Assembly: GCA_028534125.1 (NCBI GenBank)
Contig: CM052816.1
Location: forward strand, 79,052,001-79,116,000
Source of the DNA: Lama glama
Taxonomy: Eukaryota
Reading direction: 5' to 3'
DNA length: 64,000 nucleotides
The notes below the pieces were generated by a model. The model was not told the origin of the DNA, searched no databases, and saw nothing but the letters and a program-made list of their open reading frames with translations. The stretch's first letter is position 1. Each line of letters begins with the position of its first letter. Made by a program: the position numbers and the translations under genes. This document shows positions 25,951 through 37,937 of this stretch, piece by piece.

Positions 25951-26299
25951 CCCCATCGCACTCACCGCCCAGCCCACCCGGAGTGTGAGGAGCTGCTGGC
26001 TGGGCCTTGCTGCACCTCCATCACTTCCTTCACCCCGGCCCCGGCCCTGGCCCCGAGTCAGCATTCAGTAAACACAGGGAAAAGAGGTTTTCAGTAGTGG
26101 GGTAAGTCATCTCTGTGAGAATCTTCCCTTCACTGTGTGAAATAAGACACTATTTACTAATAAAAATTAGAAGATAGCTAGTTTGCTTTGTGCTACTACA
26201 TCTTTCCTGGTTTTTAGTTTCACCAGACCCAAATGAATAAATAAATAAGCCTCCTCTTCTCCTCCCCCACCTATACCAGAAGGGCTGAAAAATACTTAC

Positions 26300-26411
26300 G
26301 CTAGATGATACCATCTCTTACAAACACTGGAGACTTTCAGGAGTTCGGGGAGACACAGGCAGGAAAAGATTCCTAAGAGCAGCTCATCCGGAAGCGAGTC
26401 CCAAGAAACTC
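26300..26411 (-). CDS. SKP2: SKP2 exon 3 (F-box)
   Basis: ttttctctcaaag|GA ... GC|gtaagt; [37 protein letters not shown], an F-box motif; 112 nt. Confidence 0.97.
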
Positions 26412-26954
26412 CTTTGAGAGAAAAAAAAAATGTGTTCTCATCACCATTCTTTTGCCGTATCAAGTCTGCTGAGTCTTTCTATGCACCTAAAGGAGACACG
26501 ATATTTAGCTTAAAAGAGGGATGTAATGCTAAATGAATTACTCATCCTCACAGCTGTTTTTCAGTTCACCCACTGCCTCTGTACCCTGAAGTGAGCACCA
26601 GACTTTCTCAGCAAAGGAGAAAAGAGAATGCCAAGAATTTTTCAAAACAAAGGAAAAAGAATTATTTTTCATAACATTCTTCCCTTCAGCCCCCGCCAGC
26701 CCGTCTTGAGCAAGGACTAGACTAACTGGTTCAGAGCAGGTCCCATCCTTCTCAGATCTCACATAACAGCATCTAAGACATCACGATGCTTTTGGTTGCC
26801 AAGGAATGCGTTTCTCTCCTAAGCGGATTCGGGTAGTGGATTTAACCAGCAGTGACCTTTTTAAATAAGGCAAATGGATCTTCCTCCCTCTTCTTTCAGG
26901 TTTACAGAAAGCGCTCAAGTCCATTTTACCTAAAACCGCATCCAAAGGGAACTT

Positions 26955-27550
26955 TCATCTATTAATTCAACAAAACATGTACCAGGCACTCACTACGATG
27001 CCCGGGATCGTCTTAGGTGTTGGGGAGACAAAAATACCTTATCTTTATGGAGCTTACGTTCTAGTGGGAGGAAAACAATGACACATTACATGATGTGCTA
27101 AAAATTGTTAAATATGCTAAAAATTACATGATGTGTTAATACAGATAAGTGCTACGCAGAAATATTATGCAGGGCAAAGGAGAGGATGGGGGATGGTGGT
27201 CAAAGCCTGAACACAGTGGTCAGGGAAGGCGATTGTGAGCAAAGGCTGAACACAGAGAGGGAGCCAGCCTGAGTCTCTGGGGTGTGTTTTTGAGGAACAG
27301 CAAGGAGGCCAGTGGAGAAGAACAGAGTGAGTAAGTTGCAGGCAGAATGGAGAGGTCAGAGGGGTGAGAGGGGGCCAGGTCAGGCAGGACTTTCTATGCC
27401 ATGAGGCCTTTGGCTTTGATTCTGAAGGTGCTGAGGAGCTACTAGAGAGCTCTGAGCATGGGAAAGACAGGATCTTACGTAGGTTTTAAAAGAATCACTT
27501 TGGCTGCTGTGTTCAGAATAAACTGGAGGGAGAAAAAGGTGGACGCAGGA
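26955..27550 (-). mobile_element. L2 element
   Basis: attcaacaaa...gagcttacgttctagtggg...gaggaacagcaaggaggccagtg...ttttaaaagaatcactttggctgctgtg. Confidence 0.75.
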
Positions 27551-27791
27551 AAACCGGTTTTCTTGGTCTTATAAAAACAATCTCTAAATAGCTATTCAAC
27601 CAGTATTAAACTCTTACGTGTGAGTGTATAGAATAACCTACAAGATCAGGATAATAAAGACAATGGCCAAGAAGGAAACAAAGACGCGCCAAGAAATATG
27701 GAGTGCGTGGTGAGATTAGTTTAGTAACTTGCCTTCTTGGTCTACTTCCAATCGATCCGACAGACCAATTTTGGCGCAATCCTCTCCCCTC

Positions 27792-28180
27792 TGTGGTTAA
27801 TTTTAGTGTCAACTTAACTGGGTCAAGGGGTGCCCGGATATTTGGTTAAACACTATTCTGGGTGTGTCTGTGCTTTGGGATGAAAGTAACATTTGATCAA
27901 CAGACTGAGAAAAGCAGACTGCTCTCCCCAGTGTGGGCAGGCCTCATCTAAGGCTGATTAAGGGAGAAGTGGCTCTCTCCCTTCTTTGAGCTGGGACTTG
28001 GGTCTCCCCTCCTGTCTTCAGACCTGGGCTGAAACCTACCCCATCTGTTGCTCTGGTTCTCAGGCCTTTGGACTGAACATTTGGGACTTTTTAGCTTCCA
28101 GGATCACATAAGCCAATTCCTTAATAATGACTCTCCTTATATCTCTGATTTGTAGTGTCTCTGGAGAACCCTAATTCTCA
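27792..28180 (+). mobile_element. MLT2 (ERVL) solo LTR
   Basis: tgtggttaattttagtgtcaacttaactggg...aaacactattctgggtgtgtctgtg...tctctggagaaccctaat. Confidence 0.8.
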
Positions 28181-30054
28181 CCCCCGACCCCTCCATTTAA
28201 AAAGTGTCAGTATTTACTGAACATGCACCCTGCACCAGGCTCTGTGCAGACCATGACGGAGAATGCACTGGAGAGTGACAAACGTGGCAAGCTGTGGCCT
28301 CTGGGCAGTATTCCTGGGCAATCTTTCCCTTGATTAGAACCCCTCAGTAGTGCCCCTGAACATTCAGCCTGAAGTCTACACTGCTTAGCAAGAAATTTAA
28401 AGCTTTCATGTCACGGTCCCACTCATTTTTCTAGGTTCATTATCTAGAAATATGTTCTAGCCATTTGGAGCTACTTGTAATTTTTAGAATAAGTCACTCG
28501 GCATCACGTCTCATTGCCTCTGTACATCCTGTGCCCACCCCGACTGCTAGTAATTTAAAATCAAGTGGCCATTAACGCCCCCATTCCTATGGAAGTCCTC
28601 CCATGATATCATGAAGAACAAGTCACTTTTTTAACCACAATTTTATTATTTCCTTACTCATCTGTCTAGACTCCCACTAGGCCATGAGTTCTTAAGAACA
28701 AGAACCTGATTTTTTTTTTTCAAATCAACCTTTGTATTCCGAGGAACTAGCACAATGTCTGATACACTCATCCATTCATACATTTATTGAACTGTGCTAC
28801 ATGCTACGGTCTGCTCTACAGACAAAGACGAACAAGGCATGGCCCGCTCAGAGTTTACGTCTTACCACGATGTGCATACTCTTTAAGAACAGGCATCTTG
28901 TTAGCACTTCTCTTGCCTGTTCAATGAAATCTTGATTGCAGAATGGGCTGTTTTTAATGGAGTTTTAGTTTGTGTACTAAAAACTTCACTGAACACAATG
29001 AAATGGGAGCTATCTCATGATCCAGACTTCAGATATTCTCATTGGCCTTCCGTGTTAGTCTGTTTGGGCTGCTATCACAAAGATACCATAGACTGGGTGG
29101 CTTAAATGAGAGGCAGAGACAAACAAACAGGAAATGTCAATAAAGCATCCCCATGGGCTGTGGTAGGGTTCAGGGTGCTGTGCTGAGCAGGGTGTGGGGG
29201 TATAGCAGTGGTCAGTGGAAACATGAGTAGGAGAGATGCAGTTGCTCAGTGACGACCCGCCCCTCCCTCCCTAGAGGACAGAAGTAAATGACTGACTGAG
29301 GCTCTGAAACCTAGGGGTGGAGGGATGAAGGCAGATGGTGCACGCAGACCCTGGACCATGACCTGGGGAGGCAGCTCCTCAGTGTGGCAACAAAGATCCT
29401 GGTCCAAGGTCAGTGTGGACAGAGGATGTAAATTTTCCAACGGGTACCTGCTCTGCTCCCCGAATTGGAAAAAAGTTGATGAATGGGCTTTTCTCAAGTT
29501 TTTCTTCCATTAATTCTTAACTCCCTGATCTCTGCTGCCTTTTGCATATAGAGATCAGATTTTAGCATTTGATTTGGCAAAGAATTACACGCTTAGTGCA
29601 ACTTTGAATCTGATGTGTTGAGAACCATCCTGATACCGGGTGCTTGGCCTCCCCAACAAGTCTGTGAACTAGGGGACTGAGGAGGAAGCACAGCCTCGAC
29701 TGGAATTCGGCTCTGCTGCCTCCGAGTCTGTGAACCTTAGGCAAGTTACTCAATCCCTCTGGGGCTCGGTTTCTTCATCTGTAGGAATGGGAATAAAAAG
29801 GTTTATCTTTCAAAGTTGTTCACTGTGAAGATTAAGTAACTTATGACAAAAAGATTAAGCAGCAGAGAGTCAAACTTTCTCTTTCTTGCCTCCACGCCTC
29901 TCCCTGCACCTTTAAATCTGTACATTTTCCTTTGGTGACCTTTTCTTTTCAATGCTGCTTGGAATTTTCAGCTACGTGAAAACATCTAAGGTCTGAGTAG
30001 GGTTTGGATAAGGGCTGCATTGGGTGATTTAGTCAAGACCCCAAAACACCCTCC

Positions 30055-30495
30055 ATCTAAGTCTGGGATCCCCAGAAGCAGATCTTGATGATCTGAATTA
30101 AAGTGTTTATTTGGAAAGTGATCTCAGAAAAGTACTGGTAAGAGTGGAAAGAGACATGGAAGGGCAGGAGGCCAATTTGGGGATGTTAACAAGCAGATTA
30201 TCGCTATGGGGAGCTGGGGTTCAAATCTGCAGGGGACTCTAGGAAAGCATATAGCATCTGCCCCAGAGCTGTCCCAGCCGAGAGCACAGGTGTTGGAGCA
30301 CTAATCCACCAACTGCTGTCGCTCGTTGGTTGGGGGCTTCTGGGAGGGAGCAGGAATGTTGCCTCCCCAACACACCTGCCCAGAGAAAGCCCTCAAGCAC
30401 AGAGTGTCACCCTCGTGGAGGAGAAAGCCATCAGCATAAAAAGGAACTGAGAACTTCAAGGGGCTCTGGATGGAGCACTGAAGTGTCTACACTAA
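30055..30495 (-). mobile_element. Old MaLR (MLT1-type) LTR
   Basis: ccccagaagcaga...aagtgtttatttggaaagtgatctcagaaa motif typical of old MLT1 LTRs. Confidence 0.5.
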
Positions 30496-33400
30496 AGATG
30501 GTGGGGAAAAGAAACAGGGAGGCTCATTGTGAAGTGCAGAGTGGGAGAAATTAATTAATGAACTTGATGCCTCCCATTTTATTGGGAAAACGTAAGAAAC
30601 CAGGAACAATTAGAATATGAGATTGGTAAATCAAATGCTAGAAGGAAAAGCTGGCACAGCAATGAATGCAGAAGTCTGCTGAGGACAACAAAGACAGGCA
30701 GTGAAGCCACGCGAGTAAGCTAAGTCTAGAATATTAGGAGAGTTTTGCACTGCCATGTCCATCTTCACCGCCCAACTCCTCTTCCTCCTTCAGATCTTAG
30801 CTTGACTGTCACTTCATCAGAGGGGCCTTCCCAGGTCACCGTCACAGCCCCGCACCCAGATTTGCACATCTAGCACCTATCGCGATACCTGACACATAGA
30901 TTATTGCTCAATGCATAGTATCTTTTACTCCCCCTTTATGCAAACTGTGAATGTGTTAATTTGGTCTCTGTGTGACTGGTTAACATTCCTTAACCAATTA
31001 ACCACTACACTCAGCGCCAAGGACAAATCCTGGCAGTGCATATTAGAAAGCGCTCATCTGATAATCTCACAAAGGAATGACTGACACCTGAGAGAAGAAT
31101 GTTGGCTTTATTTTATAGACAGGCAAGGCTGTTGGCCTCTTAGGACCAGTTTCCTCATTCATAAAATGACAAGGTTGGCCTAGGGCTGCACTTCAACAGA
31201 CATTCCTGGGTGCCTAACTAATGTATGGGTGCTGAGAGCTGGCTGTGAGGCACAGTCCCCCACCGATGGCCTCACGGGGAGACAAACTAATAAACAAATA
31301 CATAACCTGGCATTTAAAACTGCCGTTTACTGCAAGCCCTAAAAAATCTCAGGCATTTATTAATGTGCACTGATTCTAATCTCTGCGGCAACCCTGTGCC
31401 CGAAGTAGCAGTATCTCATTTTATAGGTGAGCAAACCTCTTTTAGTGGGGTTATTAATTAACCTCACCAAGGTGCTGTGAACTATTAGGTGGCAGAGCTA
31501 AGAGGTAAATGTGGGTCTCTTCTGTTTTCAAACCCCATGTCCCAAGGTGAAAGCACAGAGCCACAGAGGCGGCTGTCTGAAGGCCGGCCAGGTGGCGCGG
31601 GGCACAGTACCTGCAAAGGAATGGCTCAGCCCTGTAGGTGTTCAGGAGGGATGAGGCTGAAAACAAGACCCAGGGACAAAGGTAGGGACCCCTGTCAGTA
31701 CTCGGAGGCTTGGAGATGGGGGGAGGGGTTTCAAGAGAAGATGCAACTAGAATTACACACAATTAGCAAATGGCAGAGTGCAAATTCAAACCCAGCCCTG
31801 ACTCCAAAAAACCTGCCCTCTTTCAACCCTAGGATTCTCTCTCCTGTTCTGGGTTCTACAAGTTTCAAAAAGGTGAGAGTTCAACTTGACTCGCTATGGA
31901 GAAAGGAACCCATTAGGGCATGGAAGGGAGGGGTGGAGGGGAGAGGGAGTGAAACAAAGATGCCGAGAGTTAGCAGTGGGTCGGCTACCAGTCAGAAGGA
32001 GCCGTGGCCAAGAGAATGCACAGCCTCTGCTAGCAGCCAAGGACTCAGGGCTGCATGGGGCCGACACGGGACAGCTGACACTGATGCTGGGACCCCCGCC
32101 GGGGGTGAAAGCTGGAGGGGTGGGTGGCGTTACAGCCTGAAACTGAATGGTTCCAGCAGATGAGGCAGAAATCTGTCTTCATATAGCTGCCCTCGTGGCT
32201 GGGATCCAGGCTTGTGATATGCTTAATCTAACTTTACTTGCCGTATTTAATTCTCAAAACATCAGCCATCTGTTTCCTGGATTCCTGGCCACACTGCTGC
32301 CTGGTCTGTCTGCCCAGGGCGGATGAGAAAGTCCAGAGCAAGTCCTTCCTCCCCTCACTTCTTCTGATCCCTCGCCCCCAGCCCAGGCTGCACACTAGGT
32401 CTGTACAGAAAGGAAAGTAATTATTAAGCCCAAGGGCTCCAGGCTTCAATGACACGGAAGCAGTTACACATACTTCAGAGCCATGAAAGGTGAAAACTGG
32501 CCAGAATCAAAAAAACTTGCTAGTCATCACCCTTAGCCACTACCATTTTCATTTTTCCTCAGGTGCAAACCCAGCTGCCCACTTCTGGCCTCATCACTTC
32601 CATGCTTCTTAAACTTCCTCGTGAGAGCAGGATCTCTGGTCTGTGACATTCACTCTGTATCCCTGATCGCCAGAATGAGGCTCAATCAGTATTTACTGAA
32701 TGAATGAAAGGAAGCTACAGGGCAATGAAGGATGCCCGGGGAAGGTTCCCATAAAGAGCTGAGTTTTGGGAGCTGCAGGCTGAGACTCATTGGTGAGTCA
32801 TGAAATCAATTTAGTTTGATGAGGGTTGTTTTGAAAGAATGGAATGCAAGAGAATAGGAAATATCTTAGGAAGGAGAAATCCAGTTTTGTGCAATTTCGC
32901 CTTTAGATACCTACCCAGGAATGCAATGCAAGATATATTACTTATGGCTTAAAAAAAAAAGGAGGAAAAATATTTGCCTCTAGGGTATTAAAAAGCAGAT
33001 TCCCAGGCTCAAGGCAGGACCCCTGGGATCAGAATCTCAGGAATTTTGCACTTTGAACACGTTCCCTTGGGGATATCAGCATAGTCTTAAACTCCGGAGT
33101 CTCCAGGCTGAAAACCATTGCGGGGGCCTGGAATTTCAAGCAGTTTAACAGCCATGGGAAAGCTGATCAACAAAGTGGTTCAACAGCGTTTCCATGGGTC
33201 TCCCCTGTCTGGGCGGAACAAGGGGTGGGGGCGGGGAGGAGAAGACGAGGACCAGGATGGGCATTTAACAACAGTGCATAAAATGCAGTTGTCCTCTTTC
33301 TGTCCATTACTGACCTCATTACTGGGACATTTCCTCCCAGTGCTTTCCACACAGTCACCCCAAGGGCCATCAGACCTGTCCTGGCACAAAGTTTCCATCT

Positions 33401-34959
33401 TCTAAAACAAACAGATGAAGAGGATTTATCAACAGATGTGAGCCTGGCTTGGGGCCGGCAGAAAAGAGAGACTGCCAAGTGAGGAACCAAGAGAAACTCA
33501 CACAGCCCAGGCCCACTGTCACCAGATAGCTCTGTGAAGCAGGTGTGGCCTGTTCCAGCCTAATCCCCGCAGAGCTGTGAGCCACCTGTCCCGACAACTG
33601 CAGACAAAACTCGCTAGAATGAGGATCCAGCTCCATTGGAGGCCCACAGGGAATCCGCTACACCAGCTGCCCCTCCGTGGCCTCCCTGTCTCCTCCCCCT
33701 CCCCCCAATTAACCCATCTGCATTGTGTGTAACTCCACGCACAGACAGAGCATACGACTGGCCTCTCTGTTAGGTCATAGGAAAAATAAAGTCACTATTT
33801 TTCTCTCTCACTTCAGATAACTATTTTTTGAAGTCAATTTTAACAATTCAGACTCCGTGACTGGACCATTTCCAAATCCTTCTCTTTCCCAGAGCCTCCG
33901 CTTTGCTCATCCACATCCAGTGGGAATCACCAGGAAAGCTGGGTCCTCTGGGCGCGGGCCTCCCTCCCTCGGGCCTGGTGCAGCGCGTGCTGCCTTAACA
34001 GCTCATCACTCCGCTGCATCAGCCTCCGTCTTTCACTCCGAGCTTTCCTTACTGCGTACTATCTTTCCTCAACTTGACTCGCCTTTCCTAGAAGACAGCA
34101 ACCACCCCTCGACCTTCTGTCTTGTTTCCACAGCTTAAACAACGACATTTTTATTTCCACCAGTGTGTGTGGACGCGGAAGGACTTACAGCAACCACACT
34201 CCATGTTAGAAGCTAGCCGCGTGGAGCAAAGTAATCAAAAGCTGCTCATCTTAGCAGGAAGTGTCTTTCACCACATTTGGTTAGGCAAGCACCAAATTGC
34301 TCGTGCTGCATTCCAGGCACTAAAAATAGCAGTGGCATTAAATTTTGAAGGAAAAAAAAAAAACGCTACACTAACAGGATCAGATTAATGGGATGAAGGA
34401 CAAAAGAAAAAGTGAAGTAGTCTCTCAACTGGGTGTCATTTTGTCAACCAAATTAACTGGATTTACTGATTGAGTGTGTGTGTTCTGTGTGGGCAGCGTG
34501 CTAAGGGTTTTATGCATCTTCCTTCATTTAATCTTCAAAGTAGCCCGTGACGCGGGTATTATTGCATTTCACAAAGGAACTAAGGTGCAGAGGGCTCAAA
34601 AAACTTCCCAAGGTTGGTAAACAGCAGAGTTGGGATTCAAAGTCAGATTTGTCTGACCTCACCACAATCCTTTACTGCCTTTCTAATTAATTCAACTCCT
34701 GATTCAGATCCCCGGACCATAATCTGACAGTCCTCTTTCCCAAAGAAAGGGTCAAAAGCTAAGCAAACAAGCAACCGATCAACCATCCTCCAAGAAACCC
34801 AGAAGAGGAAATTTAGGGATATATTTCTCTACCTTGGCTTTGCAAGACCTTATTTTTATTTCCTGAATCTGTCTCTTCTTTTCTATCATCACCCACCCAA
34901 TTTCAGTTGTAGACTATGAGCACCTCTTCTACAGACACTTTCAAAGCCTCCTAATTCTG

Positions 34960-35590
34960 TCCACTCTAATGTCAGACTCTGTCCAGAAGTTGAGCACTGC
35001 TTATCACCACTCCCGCAACTCTTAACAAGTCTCCAGGCTTCTATCCTCAACCCTCAACAGTTCAGTCTCAACACATCAGTGTGTCCTTTTAAAAGGTCAC
35101 CCTGCAACTCTGCTCAACGCCATCTCTAGCCCATCTCCCCTTTGCTCATTCACTCTTGGAAAATGGCTTCCTTGTTGTTCCTTGAACAAACATGACATTT
35201 TTCTGCCCCAGGGTCTTTGCACTAGCTGCTCCCTTGGCTTGAGGATCTCATCTCCAAGACATTTGCAATGTACGGTCTTTCATCTCCTTTATGCCTTCGC
35301 TTAAAGCTCACTGTCCAAGTGAGACTTTTCTTCAGTACAGTGTTTAAAATTGCAAACCAGCTTCCCACCCCAGAGCTTCCATCCCTCTTGGCTTGTTCTA
35401 CTTTTGTTTTTAGTCACAGCACTTATTCTAATATTCTACATACCAGATTTATGTTTCTTGCATCCTCTCTCTAGAACAAAAGCTCCATGAGGGTAGAAAA
35501 TGTTTTTGTTTTGCTCACTGCTATATCCCCAGCACCTAGAACAATGCCTAGCACATAGAATGTGCTCAGTAAATATTTGCTGAATTAATG
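34960..35590 (+). mobile_element. L2 element 3' portion
   Basis: cccagggtctttgcactagctg...ctcactgctatatccccagcacctagaacaatgcctagcacatag..tgtgctcagtaaatatttgctgaat. Confidence 0.8.
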
Positions 35591-36478
35591 TTTCACATGG
35601 CTTACCAGCAAGAAAAACTGATAACCCCAGGTCAATGCACTATGTTTACGCTATGGCTCTGAGTACTCCTGGGGCTCTGATCCATGCCAGGAGGCACTTA
35701 ATCATCTGCTTGAGAAGCCTGGGAATAGGGAGCTATTAAGAGAGGAAGGACATGGTGAGGTCCACATTTCAGTCAGTCCACTCTAGCTCTGGGGGATGGA
35801 TCCAGGGAGGGTAAGGCTGGAATTATGAGTCCATTCCAGTATTCCGGCCAGAGAAGATGACAGCTTGAGAAATATTCAGGAGAGAAGAGAGAAGGATTCA
35901 ATGACTGGTTGGATGTTGGGGGATAGTGGGAATCTGACTGACACTCAGGTTTTTGGGTTGGGTAACTGAACCAATAAAACTAGTAGTAACGGAGACAGAA
36001 CATACGAGAAGAATCCCACTTGGGAATGGACCTGGGAAGATAAGCCTCCTCCACTTAGTTCAACATTCACTTTAGCAGTCCCTTGACGAATAACTAAATT
36101 GATTAGGGCAAAAAGCTCAACCAGGGCTATAAAGCAGCAGAATATAGACAAAAAGAATCCTACAGGATCATGGCTTATGTTCCCATTTGTCAGCAACACT
36201 GAGCTGGCCTTTGATCAGGCAGAGTCCCTTCTAAGGAAAAAAGGCAGGAATGTCTTCTCACGGGGTTAAAATTTCACATGGGTTAAAAGTCAGTTGTGCA
36301 CCATTATACCTACCAACATTCCTGCAGACTTCAAAGACAATGAGTTGCCCCATTTCTTTGGAAAATAACTTCAGAATTAGGCGGTTTTAAAAGAACCCTA
36401 TCCTAAAGATCCCTGAACAAAGGTTTACCAACAAAGTAGCTCAATCCACCGCTTACTGGACGGATAGTTTTATCCTCA

Positions 36479-36841
<363 letters not shown>

Positions 36842-37261
36842 CTACGCATTGTAGAAAACTTTCACAGCGGCTAAGTTAATTGCATTTTTACATGCCGGCG
36901 GCGAGTTCCCAAGAATGAAAGAGAAAATAACCGATCAAACCGAACAAACTGAAAAGGCTTTTTGATTTACGATCACGCAGAAGGCCTCAAGAATTTCTTA
37001 AAGTGGAGGGAGCAGACAAGGAAAGAGGGAGGGCAATCAGACAGTGATTGAAAACAGCTGCAGGAAAGCCCAATAAGGGAAGTCAATTAAAACCGCACGC
37101 TGATTACCGCACTAAAGCATCCACCCATCCAGGTTTTCCTAAAGAAGGGGAGAGGCTATTCACAATACAGCATTACTAACAATATTAGCAAGTAGCAGAA
37201 TTCGCGGCCTAAGATTTAAGACGGCCCATTCATATTCTGCCTTTTTCTGCAATCGGCTTAC

Positions 37262-37269
37262 CTATGCAT
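37262..37269 (-). CDS. SKP2: SKP2 exon 1 coding part (start codon, M-H-R)
   Basis: gacgccATGCATAG|gtaagc joins exon 2 in frame to give [10 protein letters not shown]. Confidence 0.93.
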
Positions 37270-37332
37270 GGCGTCCGCAGGTTCGGGAGTTTTAAATGCT
37301 TGCATTAATTGCAGATGTGCCCGCCTCTCGGA

Positions 37333-37351
37333 TTCCCGCTCTGGCGCGCAA
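37333..37351. promoter_or_regulatory. E2F-like sites (TTCCCGC; TGGCGCGCAA)
   Basis: Motif matches near the SKP2 5' end; SKP2 is an established E2F target. Confidence 0.45.
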
Positions 37352-37480
37352 CGGCGCACTGCGTGCGGCCCAGGCCCCCAGCAGCGAGACCCGCGAACTC
37401 TATCAACGTTCCATCCTCGCCGCGCGCGCAGAAGCCCTCTGCCCGCTCTCCTCCGCTACCGCCGCCTGCGGCCCCGCTGC

Positions 37481-37498
37481 CTGCTGGGAATTGTAGTT
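37481..37498 (-). promoter_or_regulatory. ZNF143/THAP11-type motif AACTACAATTCCCAGCAG
   Basis: Match to ACTACAnnTCCCAG, a motif common in bidirectional promoters. Confidence 0.8.
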
Positions 37499-37615
37499 TC
37501 CTCGCGGTCCGGCGCACTCGCCTCTACTTCCTTTCCTTGCAGCTTTGCCCGCCTTCGAGATACCCACAACCCCCCGCGGCTGCGGGCCTGGACGGCCAAC
37601 AGGGTAGGCGTGAAA

Positions 37616-37624
37616 GCGGAAGCG
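37616..37624 (+). promoter_or_regulatory. ETS/GABP-like site GCGGAAGCG
   Basis: CGGAAG core inside the CpG island. Confidence 0.5.
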
Positions 37625-37629
37625 GGCGG

Positions 37630-37937
37630 TGCTCCGGCTGACGGGGAAATGTCAGCGGCTTGACTGGGTACGGGTTTTCCTTTCCAGGGAACCCGTAGGC
37701 CTTCTGGGGACCGCCACCACCGTCGCCAAGGAGTGTGGGTCCCAGAACCTGGACGGCTGTGGCGGACGCAGGGTTTCCTGGTCCGTCTAGACGCTGTCCG
37801 GCGAGATCGGACGGTGAGCCTGAGGGGAAGAGCGCGAGGCGCTTTGGGGTCTGGGACCGAGCGCAGGCGAGAGAGAGGGACCCTGGAGACCCCGAGAGGC
37901 CGCCGCCACGGGGCCCACATCCCCAGCCGCCGGCCAG
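37630..37937 (+). other. LMBRD2: LMBRD2 non-coding exon 1 (5' end approximate)
   Basis: Lies in the CpG island and ends at a strong donor CCAG|gtgaga; the TSS cannot be determined from sequence. Confidence 0.6.

Noticed and set aside
27085..27140. Short duplicated words (attacatgatgtg, tgctaaaaatt)
   Set aside because: Local duplication inside a decayed L2; no sign of function.
31489..32163. 224-aa ORF on +, the longest in the track
   Set aside because: It starts at GTG in MIR-like sequence, is antisense within SKP2 intron 2, has no recognisable domain and lies in GC-rich DNA where long chance ORFs are common.
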